Positions 19,601 to 28,700 of a DNA stretch of 45,078 nt are shown piece after piece; within the stretch, counting starts at the first letter, position 1, and each line of letters opens with the position of its first letter. The DNA is taken from positions 1-45,078 of the forward strand of contig JAUSHC010000014.1 in the NCBI GenBank assembly GCA_030648795.1, in the 5' to 3' direction. This DNA is from a bacterium (lineage in GTDB: Bacteria > Patescibacteriota > Patescibacteriia > JACQSD01). Under the pieces are notes generated by a model that had not been told where the DNA came from, did no database searches, and saw nothing but the letters and a program-made list of their open reading frames with translations. Both the position numbers and the translations under genes were made by a program.

Positions 19601-22600
19601 TGCGTCGTCTTATTGCTCCGACTGTGTCGTCTCTTGTGCAGACGCACGTATTATGGCGCAATGATGATGGCGACGAACAGAGCGCAACAAAGATGGTGGA
19701 TGAAGACACTGCCATTACCGATGTTCGTGCAGGAATTATCAACCGTCTTCGTGCGCAGGTAGCGAATGAAGGCGAAACAGTATCTGGATCCTTACACTAC
19801 GCGTTGCAGTATGCGATAAGAAGTGATACGTCCTGCGATGCCGTTCCAACGAATGCGTGGGCAACAATTCCGACGCAAGCGGCAGAGAATCAATGGGGAC
19901 TTGCCGATTCCACTCATTTCATTGATGGTGCTCTTGCCACGAATCTTCCTCCCGTTATGAGCGATCCTGAAGGAGCGGCGTTTATTAATGGAGCTCTACA
20001 CGACACAAAGAGCAGAAGCGCAGCTCTTGCGCTTAACGCTCACTCATACACAGAGTTTGAATATGCGTTTAGTACGGGCGCGGATGTTGCGAGTGGCGCT
20101 ACCTATTGTTTCCGGTTGGTGGACGCGCAGAAAGCTGGCGATGTGGAAAAGTTACAACTTACGAGCGGACAGGGGAGAGCTCTCTCTACTGCGGTAATTG
20201 ATGCGGCAGGCGAGTTTCTATATTTTGGAACATTTGAAATTCCAGCAAAGATAATTAAGATTCGTCTTTCTGACTTTTCTTATATTGCTGCAAAGCAGCT
20301 TACGGGGCGTGACGGAGAATTAAACAATGCGGTCATTGATACATCGAGTGGCTTTGCTTATTTCACCACGCAGACTACACCGCAGAAGCTTATTAAGATC
20401 CGTCTTTCTGATCTTGCACAAGTAGGTTCATTGACGCTTACATCTGAAGAAATATTTGGTCCGCTTCTTATTGATAACCAAAATAAAACGCTTTATGCCG
20501 GCATACTTTCTAATGCGTCAACAGCGCCGGCGCGCGTTGAAAAGATTCGGCTCACTGATTTTACCATTGAAGATACTTTTACATTTAACGATGGAGAAAT
20601 TCGCCTTCAGAATACGGCAGCTATTGACGCACAAGACGGTCTTGCCTATTTCATTATTAAAAAGAAATTTGGTTTTGATGAACTGGTGAAAGTTCGTCTT
20701 TCTGATTTTTCGCGCATAGGATCGTTGTCACCGCAACCGGAAGATGTCGTATTAGAGACACCCGGTCCATTAGCGGGGAAGGAGCATACTCTGCAAGCGT
20801 TCATCATTGATGCGGCGCATAATGTTGGCTATCTCACGACGACAAGTACACGAAACGATACGAAACGGATCGTAGCAATTCGTCTTTCCGACTTTACGCG
20901 TGTTACAGCAACAGACCTTACGCTTACCAATGATGATGTAAATGATGTGCTTGCGATTGATCGTGTTAACGGTTTTGTATACATTGGCACTGGATCATCG
21001 GGGATTCTTCAAGTACGTCTTTCGGATATGCAGCAGATTGACGCACTCAATTTTGGATTTCTTTTAGGGAATCCCATTGCCCTTGATAATGATCACGGCG
21101 CTGTGTATGTCGGTACCTTGGCAGGTGCGGTGAATCGCTTTTATTCTGCAGACGCTACGCGAACTCTCTCTGAATACCGGCATTATGCCGAAGTCACGGT
21201 TGCGAAAAAGGTATTGTTACCGGAACAGCCGGTGCTTTCGCCGTTGCCTGAAGGACCGACTAAGTCTCTTCCTGCTATTTCTTGGGCGCCTGTCGCAAAC
21301 GCGGCGCGATATGAGGTGACGGTAACGAAACTAAGCGATGACAGCGTGCGTTTTACTGAAACGATTACACAACCCGATGATACGACTGCGCCGATGACGG
21401 CGACGTTGCTCAATGACAAAGTGCTTTCTGATGGAGAATATCTTGTAAAAGTTCTTGCGGTGAATACAGAAGGAAAGGGAAACGATTCATCGGTTGCGTC
21501 TTTTGTGTTCGATGGTACGGCTCCTGACGCGCCAGAGCTTAACACGCTTTCAATGAAGCCGACGAGTACTATTCCATCGATCACGTGGCTTCCATCAGAA
21601 GGAGCGTCATCCTATACAGTTGTTGTAACAGCGCTGAACGATCCAACGATACGTTATTCAGAAACACTAACACAACCTCAATCAGAAGATCCCATGACGA
21701 GGCTATCATCGACATTGCTTTCTGATAAACAGATTGTAGATGGGACATACACGGTCGCTGTTACCGTTACGGACGAAGCGGGAAATACGAAGACGTCTGA
21801 AGAACAGTTTGTTCTCGATAGAGAAAAACCTGTAGCACCGACAGAGCTTGTCCCGACAGGAACGTTGGAAGTGTCACCGACAACTCTTTCTTGGAGCGCA
21901 GTTTCTGATATAACTGATTACAGGATAGTGTTTGCGAAAAAAGAGGGGGATATAATTGCATATAATACGCCACTCTTTGATGACACAGTGCAAGGTGTTA
22001 CGTTTGAATTACTTTCTTCACCGTCTGATGGAACGTACGGTTGGCGCATGTACGCTCTTGATGCAGCAGGAAACGAAAGTGATCCTATTGAGGCAGTCTT
22101 TACCGTCAAGACACCAGTGCCGCCGCCAACCAGCGTGCCCGTAGATCCAAAAATACAGCAAGATGAGAATACGGTAACAATGCAGTGGGGAGATACCAAG
22201 GATCTTGGGAATGATACGTATAGCGTGCTTGTTTCGCACGATGGTGATTTTTCTCAAGTAATAGATACGCTTTCAAAAACAGGATTGAAGTTGAAAGATT
22301 TGCCGCTTACATTTGACTGGTCGAATGAAGATGATGGGACATTCTACGCGCGCTTCTATCGTGAAAATGAGGGTGGCAGAGGACCAATCACTACATCAGC
22401 GTTTGTCGTCGCGCGCGCAGGAGTTGAAGAACTGCTCGTCCTTGATGGGTGGGGATATGAGCAAACGATCAAATTTGAAGGACCAACACCTTTGAATGAA
22501 TATCAGGCACAGATTACACTTGATGCGACGTTTGATTATACAAACGCAGCTCCAGACGGCGCTGATCTACGATTTGTAGATGCGGATGGAAATGTTGCGT

Positions 22601-25600
22601 CGTATTGGATTGAACAATGGAATCCAGAGGGCGCGTCAACCATCTGGGTGAGCGTGCCACTTAAAGGAACCCGGTCGCTTGATCTTTATTACGGAAATTC
22701 TGAAGCTGAAGCGACGTCAAATGTGAATGATACGTTTGAGTTTTTTGACGATTTCAATGTACCTGACGCAGGTGGATTTGGATTTAATTCTGGTACTCGG
22801 CATCGTGATGAACCAAAGTATTATCCACGTTGGACAGTACAGAAAGGAACCTTCGATATTAAGGACGGAACATTGCGTAACTGGTTTGGCGACGAAGGGG
22901 GAGGCGATACCATTACCATTGATTCGATTGTAAGCCGTCCAGGATACGCGGTTCGTTCGCGCGTCCTTGAAGATCATCAGCGACGTTACCCCACCATGTT
23001 TTTGGGATGGCAAGGAGATTTCTTTATAAATGATAAGGGGCAGGAGCGACCCGATAACTATTATTTTATTCAATTGAATGCGGCGGATCAAAAAATTTAT
23101 CTTCGGAAATTTATTAATGGTGTAGTGGCCACACTGGCAGAAAAATCTATTCCAGCACTCGAGCTTTCGAAGTGGTATGCGTGGGAATTACGCTGGGAAT
23201 CAGTAAACAAACTTTCCGCAGAACTCTGGGGGAACGATGGGGAGATTCTTGCAGTGCTTTCCGGTACCGTTGATGAAGGATGGATCACAGGACAATACGG
23301 ATTTCGCGGTATTCGCGGCGTAAGTAATACGATTTTCGACGATGTGCTCGTACGAAAGTATTCTGCAGGAACTGCGGATGATTTGACGCCGCTTCCGCCG
23401 TCAGCGCCGCGACTTCTTGAGCCGGCGAATAAAGACATTGTGGATGCTCTTCCGAAATTAACGTGGGAGGCGAATAGTGCCGCCGTTAATTACACTATTG
23501 ATCTTCGCGATAAAAATGGCGTGATTGTTTCTTCTATTCCTGGGAAACTTACACCATTCACTACTACAAAGGCGTTCTTGGAGATACCCGCAAGTGCTTT
23601 GAAGAAAGACGGAGTATACACATGGCGCGTTCGCGTGAAGACGTCAACGGGCTTAAGCGATTGGTCAGAAACACCGAGATTCACTCTTGATACGGAAAAA
23701 CCGGAGAAGCCGCAATTTATATCTGCGCAAACAGAACCGACGCAACTGCCAGTAACACTCGAGTGGTCGGAAGCGCGTGATGCAATATCCTATGTCATTA
23801 CGATAATGAATAAAGATGACCCGACGATTACGTTAATCGAGCAGCTTGCCGCAGCAAGTGAGTTGAACTACACCATTTCTCGTGATGTGTTGCCTGGCTT
23901 TATTGATGGAGAGTATATCGCGACTATCGTTGCCGAGGATGTAGCAGGGAACCAGAGTGCAGAAGATACAATGACAATCACCATTGATACGACTGTGCCT
24001 GAAAAGCCTGTATTTGATAATCTTCCAACGACGCCTGTACGTATAGTGCCGAATCTCGAATGGAATCGTGTAGAAGGCGCAAGTGCGTACGATATTACTG
24101 TTACGAAGACAGACGACCTATCCTTTGTAAAGATTGAGGAAACAATTACAGAATCTTCGGGGAAGAATATTCGCGCGAAACTTCTTGACGATAAGACGCT
24201 TACTGATGGGACGTATAACATCCTTCTTGTTACGCGGGATGCGGCAGGAAATACGGTAGAGACAGCTGCCTCATTTACCATCGTAACTCCGCCGAACATC
24301 CCGGAACTTTCACTCCCTGATAATGAGAAGTACATACATACACTCCCCACGCTTTCGTGGAACGCAGCAACGGGTGCAACATCGTATGTACTCACGTTGA
24401 AAGGAGCCGTAGAAAGAGAAGAATCAATAACGGCAACATCGATCGACCTTTCCTCGCTTTCTCCCGCCCTTCCTGATGGAGAATATATGTGGTCAGTAAC
24501 GGCAAAAACCGTGACAGCAGCAAGCGAACCTTCGGTGCCGCGAGTATTCACGCTTGATAGACAGTCGCCGCAATCGCCGATAAACATTGCACCGGAAAAT
24601 GGCTCTCTCTATCAAATTGCGCCGAGACTTGCATGGGAAAATGCTTCTCAAGAAGATGACGTAGATGTTTCGTCTTTTACAATTACGGTGACGACTGATG
24701 CGGATATCAATTTTGATCAGCCGATTTCGAGTCTCGATAGCGAAAAGAAGGAGTTGTTTTTCCCATCATTGGGAGAAGGGAAATACCGTTGGCATGTTGT
24801 TGCACACGACAAAGCAGGAAATGCGAGCGATCCGTCTTCCGCTGCAACATTTACCATCGCATATCCTACGGACGCGCCACTTCCTCTTTCCCCGCAACAA
24901 GGTGAAACAGTAAATAGTACGGTGGTTGTATTCCAATGGACGGACGTGAGTCGTGAAGTACGAAAAGCAGCGTATAATCTTACACTCATAAAAAAGAACG
25001 CAGAAGGAGGAAATAGCGTTATCACAACACTTGAAGGGGTACAGGGAACGGAAGCGAACTATACATTTGCGGAAGACGGAGAATACGAATGGACGGTTGT
25101 CGGTATTACCGATGGCGTGATTGGAACACCTTCAGCGATCGCATCTTTCACCATTGATCAATCGACCGAGGCTTCTGTTGACGTACGACGTTTGATTATT
25201 TATGAGCACGCGCCGCCATCATTCTTACCGGTCTATCAGCCGGGATGTGGAACGTTGGGGGATAAGGCGTGTTCGGAGGATAAGAAGCTTATCGTTGAAC
25301 AAGATCCATCAGTCATACTTCCTGTTGCAAAATCATGGAAAGTTGAAACAATAACACAGGAGGAACTTCGTGGATTGCCACGGGTACGCGGAACCGTTCT
25401 CACGGATTCTTCCGGTCACGTAAAGACGACGCAGCGCATTATTGGATTTATTGGGAGAATTTATGATGTGAGTGGTATACTTACAAATGCAAAAGTTCTT
25501 ACAATTTCGTACGACCCTTTCGTGAAGTCCGTGCTTTTGAAGCCTGGATATAAATTGGCGCCTCTCTATTTTGATCACAAGACGAATCAATGGAGTGTCG

Positions 25601-25752
25601 CGCATAACGCGATTGAAAGTTCCGATGGTTTCACGATCACCAACATAAAAGAGGGGAGCTATGCCATTGGCATGATCACAGAACGTCGACTGCATATTCT
25701 TCCCACTATTCCTTTAAGTGGTGATTTATTGCAGCCACTTCCGCAACTATGA
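13609..25752 (+). CDS. Giant surface protein 2 (4047 aa): mosaic of propellers, LamG/ConA-like lectin folds, a DUF2341-like module and Ig/FN3-like repeat arrays
   Basis: Uninterrupted 12.1-kb ORF. ATG 13609 overlaps the upstream stop by 14 nt; an alternative ATG at 13627 gives a 4-nt gap. N-terminal signal-like RRSLFIAFLSAAFLFIGYHVDA. Confidence 0.9.
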   Translation: MQCSNSMQCFGKQRYARRSLFIAFLSAAFLFIGYHVDALRWVVDTLPYPAGSVTGLVAAFDPSGNPTAAQTSLGRAVYLSSTGAGRNWAAEEVMAISEWVSGRPGFAFNGATPSIIAGGLFMTRDGGATNGMFRCSDADWSCETLGYGVSNYVGAQSDLVYANGVPIIAYDSGNSAMHIASRDGNGKGNVMADKDWNEKWIYTDGIKRQYPALALYNGKPIVFYYLTVDNGATGELMMAYCSSNCGTYGTQTGASWTEVRLDNASANIGQRIDAEVYGNSIFLTYEDRSSGGIRYATCSASCLSAGSWQNKITLTTLGRSSYPALTMDANGHPRIAYYDTQTLQPKIASCDTSCDTIPSNWARETVDTTSNRGGNTDLLLDANGLKHVFYGEGLLYHAGESVNVAPTATVSEGAIVQGGGASGLVTFQFQVNDANGDKTKARVEYSIDGTNWYRTFLVPASTRVSTGIATTDNAEFSIGAVDAIDTDSGTVTVTTVWDTKNAANGSGAITVETGNMRLRVQATDGELTSVLAQSDAFSVDNAVPSSFTSFRATGATDSTVTLTWGGVTDTNFTHYTIWYGTDAAAVRGKRASAWDERNDTALASSTAGGTVITGLSSGTVYYFFIEASDRFGNATQVAEEIPRATARQRRPSTPAPIPTPTPIPVPGTTPPPTQYPGDANSCPGFSYSRLDSSGRRYCQLNSEEKCNYNYPGYLDQTSYNKANCPAPTLTPVLGTTPIPVPSTTPPPIHTWTFLDGSKTSFILARTDPEYTNYITSIENLCRTIKQSEFVWSTGSGDASSTSFGIPDCTKAVQLNPTPPPPILVPDTPLPPAPILESQPQTEPQPYVGGGAFVDETKDTFAGAYENMRWNAESNFLELDTTKKQGTYTSQVHNVGKVSDWKTLAWTPNMLSEKALPNDGAQEAGYPEGNADMTGNVLLLHMDEAKWDGTADEVRDASGNGNNGKRINGANTNTEGKVGRRGEFNGTNDYVDLSKEWGIGLFGSGSASTPDAFTVEAWLRPGTRALQDKKAEDQVAVYNGWGGEFNLGYISKDEDSGKGRFHLSVNITGEGWKGVTSDVAYDPAVWYHVIGVYSRTERNAMLFVDGVPAGTASFTTTGPLLHPGTYHPATIGAYTAYTKVRSAFWKGAIDEVAVYRRALSEGEVRSRYTRSASTIRLQVRSCDDSVCAGGEKAGGEKFVGPDGTANTYYEETRKSATGLPEFSLSNVPSNQYFQYRIILATDKADFGLNVRRVAVAYDATEGGEGEAPLPSRTTVVWKETSPADWTEGTKEGASVTGTGDAALLQLPLQEVTAETITLPTTDTITAARFTAQDNGWAVGNNGTILHWNGNAWSTVSSPTLESLWGLTLLDKDNGWAVGNNGTILHWNGSAWSASISGTTSALSGVAFTAENNGWAVGDEGTILHWNGSAWSVATSGTTTVLYGVAFTSANDGWAVGNSGTILHWDGNAWSAETSPTSFALFAIGQGQGGALFAVGDGGVIVKREQTGGWVAVPSMTPTPLLAFASRPGGMSAVVGDYGEALESTDGSTWASSLFDIQEALFTVAFAGTDQWMMGTNGAAFRVRRGAGQKEGTFTSAVRDAGVIPLWQRIQWEGQAPAGTTVRLQFATSNSMEGPWQFVGPDGTARSFYTDANKALWAGHGSQRFARYRVLFTGDGESIPTVDAVSVFYTYDPDALPLTPTPLAPKDAVLLNSNPVLSWSGIPPATEYIVEANWVNPRVSADPVRTTETQISFTDFVFHDVPVFVQESDSIAYSWRVRAEADAGVKSDWSSPRTFTIDTKVPEAPAPVAPEEGATFSTAPTFQWSAVTDANAEAISYTFTLSKAETGATPLLQFPLTGTTFTPTFPLSDGTYLWGVSAKDKAGNTSAAFKATFTVKAPVPAPTAAPFGLTTEQTATELTLRWQDVPLGGDTYTIEVAHACVGAEGCEEFINLIPSLTQQDKIIIPVVLDLSNEEVGDYFVRVLRVNEGGRGPAVQQKFTVRRLIAPTVSSLVQTHVLWRNDDGDEQSATKMVDEDTAITDVRAGIINRLRAQVANEGETVSGSLHYALQYAIRSDTSCDAVPTNAWATIPTQAAENQWGLADSTHFIDGALATNLPPVMSDPEGAAFINGALHDTKSRSAALALNAHSYTEFEYAFSTGADVASGATYCFRLVDAQKAGDVEKLQLTSGQGRALSTAVIDAAGEFLYFGTFEIPAKIIKIRLSDFSYIAAKQLTGRDGELNNAVIDTSSGFAYFTTQTTPQKLIKIRLSDLAQVGSLTLTSEEIFGPLLIDNQNKTLYAGILSNASTAPARVEKIRLTDFTIEDTFTFNDGEIRLQNTAAIDAQDGLAYFIIKKKFGFDELVKVRLSDFSRIGSLSPQPEDVVLETPGPLAGKEHTLQAFIIDAAHNVGYLTTTSTRNDTKRIVAIRLSDFTRVTATDLTLTNDDVNDVLAIDRVNGFVYIGTGSSGILQVRLSDMQQIDALNFGFLLGNPIALDNDHGAVYVGTLAGAVNRFYSADATRTLSEYRHYAEVTVAKKVLLPEQPVLSPLPEGPTKSLPAISWAPVANAARYEVTVTKLSDDSVRFTETITQPDDTTAPMTATLLNDKVLSDGEYLVKVLAVNTEGKGNDSSVASFVFDGTAPDAPELNTLSMKPTSTIPSITWLPSEGASSYTVVVTALNDPTIRYSETLTQPQSEDPMTRLSSTLLSDKQIVDGTYTVAVTVTDEAGNTKTSEEQFVLDREKPVAPTELVPTGTLEVSPTTLSWSAVSDITDYRIVFAKKEGDIIAYNTPLFDDTVQGVTFELLSSPSDGTYGWRMYALDAAGNESDPIEAVFTVKTPVPPPTSVPVDPKIQQDENTVTMQWGDTKDLGNDTYSVLVSHDGDFSQVIDTLSKTGLKLKDLPLTFDWSNEDDGTFYARFYRENEGGRGPITTSAFVVARAGVEELLVLDGWGYEQTIKFEGPTPLNEYQAQITLDATFDYTNAAPDGADLRFVDADGNVASYWIEQWNPEGASTIWVSVPLKGTRSLDLYYGNSEAEATSNVNDTFEFFDDFNVPDAGGFGFNSGTRHRDEPKYYPRWTVQKGTFDIKDGTLRNWFGDEGGGDTITIDSIVSRPGYAVRSRVLEDHQRRYPTMFLGWQGDFFINDKGQERPDNYYFIQLNAADQKIYLRKFINGVVATLAEKSIPALELSKWYAWELRWESVNKLSAELWGNDGEILAVLSGTVDEGWITGQYGFRGIRGVSNTIFDDVLVRKYSAGTADDLTPLPPSAPRLLEPANKDIVDALPKLTWEANSAAVNYTIDLRDKNGVIVSSIPGKLTPFTTTKAFLEIPASALKKDGVYTWRVRVKTSTGLSDWSETPRFTLDTEKPEKPQFISAQTEPTQLPVTLEWSEARDAISYVITIMNKDDPTITLIEQLAAASELNYTISRDVLPGFIDGEYIATIVAEDVAGNQSAEDTMTITIDTTVPEKPVFDNLPTTPVRIVPNLEWNRVEGASAYDITVTKTDDLSFVKIEETITESSGKNIRAKLLDDKTLTDGTYNILLVTRDAAGNTVETAASFTIVTPPNIPELSLPDNEKYIHTLPTLSWNAATGATSYVLTLKGAVEREESITATSIDLSSLSPALPDGEYMWSVTAKTVTAASEPSVPRVFTLDRQSPQSPINIAPENGSLYQIAPRLAWENASQEDDVDVSSFTITVTTDADINFDQPISSLDSEKKELFFPSLGEGKYRWHVVAHDKAGNASDPSSAATFTIAYPTDAPLPLSPQQGETVNSTVVVFQWTDVSREVRKAAYNLTLIKKNAEGGNSVITTLEGVQGTEANYTFAEDGEYEWTVVGITDGVIGTPSAIASFTIDQSTEASVDVRRLIIYEHAPPSFLPVYQPGCGTLGDKACSEDKKLIVEQDPSVILPVAKSWKVETITQEELRGLPRVRGTVLTDSSGHVKTTQRIIGFIGRIYDVSGILTNAKVLTISYDPFVKSVLLKPGYKLAPLYFDHKTNQWSVAHNAIESSDGFTITNIKEGSYAIGMITERRLHILPTIPLSGDLLQPLPQL
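16440..17110 (+). other. LamG / concanavalin-A-like lectin domain in giant protein 2
   Basis: DASGNGNNGxxxNGANT...GxxGEFNGTNDYVDL...FTVEAWLRPG...VWYHVIGVY...LFVDGV...GAIDEVAVYRRALSEGEV is the classic Laminin_G_3-type motif order. Confidence 0.7.
17560..18360 (+). repeat. Seven-blade Ycf48/BNR-like propeller in giant protein 2
   Basis: About 38-aa blades. GWAVGNNGTILHWNGNAWS occurs four times nearly identically at peptide level, with many synonymous DNA differences, then LFAVGDGGVIV, SAVVGDYGEAL and QWMMGTNGAAF. The family was assigned by motif resemblance only. Confidence 0.55.
20170..21160 (+). repeat. Seven about 50-aa repeats (propeller-like; family uncertain) in giant protein 2
   Basis: Consensus a-(V/I)-ID-x(3)-g-x-a-Y-f-x(8-14)-(L/I)-(I/V)-K-(I/V)-R-L-S-D-(F/L), seen seven times (KIRLSDFSY, KIRLSDLAQ, KIRLTDFTI, KVRLSDFSR, AIRLSDFTR, QVRLSDMQQ and a final degenerate copy). 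Confidence 0.55.
22420..23370 (+). other. DUF2341-like module followed by a ConA/LamG-like (DUF1080-like) beta-sandwich in giant protein 2
   Basis: GWGYEQTIKF...QAQITLDATFDYTNAAPDGADLRFVDADGNVASYWIEQWNPEGASTIWVSVP...LDLYYGN matches the DUF2341 pattern as I remember it. It is followed by FEFFDDFN...WTVQKGTFDIKDGTL...YYFIQLN...IYLRKF...GFRG...FDDVLVRKY. Confidence 0.55.
23390..25170 (+). repeat. Largest of three Ig/FN3-like repeat arrays in giant protein 2 (the others are about 18690-19610 and 21215-22420)
   Basis: About 95-aa units with the pattern P-x-(L/F)-x-W-x(5-8)-A-x-x-Y-x(20-35)-(D/E)-G-x-Y-x-W-x-V-x-A-x-D-x-A-G-N-x-S. Six copies are in this array. Confidence 0.65.
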
Positions 25753-28700
25753 TGAAACACCCTTTCATTTTTTCACGAGCGCTCTCTTCCTTTGTAGTTT
25801 CTACGATCGTTATTGTTTCTATTATTGCGGCGAGCATGATGGCACCGATGATAGGACGAGCAGCGACGGGTTCTTGGGGGGTGGTTTCCTCACCTACCAC
25901 ACAAACATTAACGGACGTTACATTTTTTAATTCTGACATTGGATGGGCTGTGGGAGAATCAGGAACGATTCTTTCTTGGGGCGCAGCGACAAAAACATGG
26001 GAAAAAAGCGGATCTTCTTTTACTCCGGCAACGTTGTGGGGTGTTGACGCATTTGGACCGTCTGATGCATGGGCAGTGGGTGATAGCGGATCGCTTCTGC
26101 ATTTTAATGGTACTGCATGGGTAACAGAGAGTTCATTTGCTTCTACACATCTTCTTGATGTTGATGCGGTTGACGCTGGTACGCTTTGGGTTGTGGGAGA
26201 TGGAGGGACGATTTTTGAAGGAGTAAAAACAGGAAGCAGTTTTGTTTGGACACAATGGTCAGACGCGGGATTTGTTTCGAAAGTTTTTTATGGTGTTTCT
26301 TTTCGTGATGCATCGGACGGATGGATTGTGGGGTCGGATGGAATGATTCTCCATTGGGATGGCAATGTATTTGCGCAAATTGAAGCACAGGTGACGGATG
26401 ATCTTTTTGACGTTATCGCCACGGGAAATAATACGGCGATTGTTGTCGGTGAGAATGGAGTTATTCTTCGCGTAAGTACCGTTGGCGCAGAGCGCATAGT
26501 AAGTCCTACTGGCGATGCTTCTTTATTAAGTGTTGCGATGAATGCGCAGGGGCGTGGATGGATTGGTGGAGAATATGGCACACTGCTTGCGAGCGCAGAT
26601 GCGGGTGAACATTGGCAGACGGCAACGAGTTCGGTTTCTTCCGCACTAACGCGAGTTTTTTTTCCTTCAGAAGATCAAGGATGGATCGTGGGTACAGGGG
26701 GGACGATTGTGCACTACATGCCTTTACCGGCAGTGCCGGTACTTGTCAATCCGATGGATGCAGTAGTGACCAATGATGCGCCGCTTTTATTTGATTGGGG
26801 AGCCGCATTATATGCTGATACGTATACGCTGCGCTACGCAACGTCTGTAAATTTTACGAGCGGTGTTGTTACCGTGCCAAATCTTACTGCGTCTTCATAT
26901 ACACCTACAGTATCGGATGGTACATATTATTGGAAAGTGTGGGGCGTGAATACGGCGGGGGCGGGGGATATATCGCTCGTTCGTTCAGTGCGTATTGATC
27001 GTACGCCGCCCGCAATACCACAACCTGAAGAGCCGGGTGCGAATGCAACAGTAATAATGGCAACACCAACATTGCAATGGGGGGTTGCGAATGATGCGAC
27101 GCGACATGAACTTCGCCTTGATGATGCATCGCCGATAGCTGTAACCACGAATACGTATACACCAGCGGTCGCATTGGGAGAAGGAACACATACGTGGCAG
27201 GTGCGATCGTTTGATGCAGTAGGGAATTCTTCCGAATGGAGTGGTGTGCAATCATTTACTGTGCCGTCACAGACTATTGTTCCGCCACCTGATACCACAC
27301 CACCATCCGTTCCGACACTTCTCTCTCCTTCCGTATCCGCAACAGTTACTGTGCGAACTCCGGAGTTTCGTTGGAGTGGTGATACGGATGTCGCTGAATA
27401 CGATGTGCAGGTTTTTGCAAGCGGAACAACGCCACCCTCCGTTCCTCTTGTTGTTGTAGCATCTCCATGGACGTCGACAGATTCGCTTACAAATGGAGTT
27501 TATAGTTGGCGTCTGCGTGCACGTGATCATGCAGGCAATACGTCAGCGTGGAGTACAGGAACTTTTACCGTTACAGTCGCATCGACAATTACTATTGAAC
27601 CTCCGCCTTCGGAACAACCTATACCTCCAATTGTGCAGCCTGTTCCGGCGCCGCTTGTATTTTCTTTAACGGGTCCGGGATCGATTATTACGGAAACAAA
27701 ACCGGTATTCACGTGGTCGGCATCCGTGAATGCAACCACCTATACGCTGGAGATCGTTGGTGATGGTACAGCATTTATAAAAACGATAGCGAATATTACT
27801 ACAACAAGCTATATTCCCGCTGAAGCATTGTCACAAGGAAAATATTTTTGGAAAGTAACTGCATCAAATAGTGAAGGAGTATCGGTTATTGCGGGCTCCC
27901 AACCATTGATTATTGATGCGACTCCACCGCCTGCCCCCACGCTTTCAGAGCCAAGTCCCGACGCACAAACTACGCTACCTGTAGCTCTTGTTTGGGCTCC
28001 TGTGTCTGATAACCTCACCTCGGTAACATATACCGTGCAAGTTGATGACGGGAATTTCAGCAGTCCGACATTCGTTACCGCGGGGACGAGCGATGTGAAT
28101 GCCGCCTCGACAACAACACTGGAAATCAATGCGCAGAATTTCGTGGATACCCAATACCTCATTACCAACGGACTTACGTCTGGCATCACGTACCGTTGGC
28201 GTGTGTGGGCGAAAGATGCGGCAGGAAACATGAGCACGGCACCGAGCGCTGTCCGGTCATTTATTATTCCCGTTCCGGCAGTAGCACCATCGGCATTTAC
28301 CCTTGCCGAATCTTCTGAAGTGACTATTGACGCAACACCGACATTTCAATGGACGAAGTCAGACGGTGCAACAGCGTATACGCTTTTCATCCAAGGCAAT
28401 GGCGCCAATAATACAGTGACACGCGCGTATCCCGGGAGTAACGAAATTCCTTTCACGAAGCTTTCCTATGCCATAACTGATCCATTGCCTCTTGGTACGT
28501 ATACCTGGTATGTCCGCGCGACAAATAGCGCTGGGACCTATTCCGCACCATCACGGTTAATAATGATAGCGACTTCCGTAATAGAAAAAAAGCAGTCTGA
28601 AATTTTACCCCCTGAACCGTTACCCCCTCTCCCACCAACAAAGGAGGCGATAGATACCGCAATCCGTAGTGGATCGATAGAAGAAACACCGACGATCACT

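Noticed and set aside
23868-24587. 239-aa minus-strand ORF. Similar cases are 28538-29194, 14889-15317, 21183-21584 and 7735-8169.
   Set aside because: All lie antisense within very long or well-supported + strand genes. None has a start context or motifs, so they are shadow ORFs.
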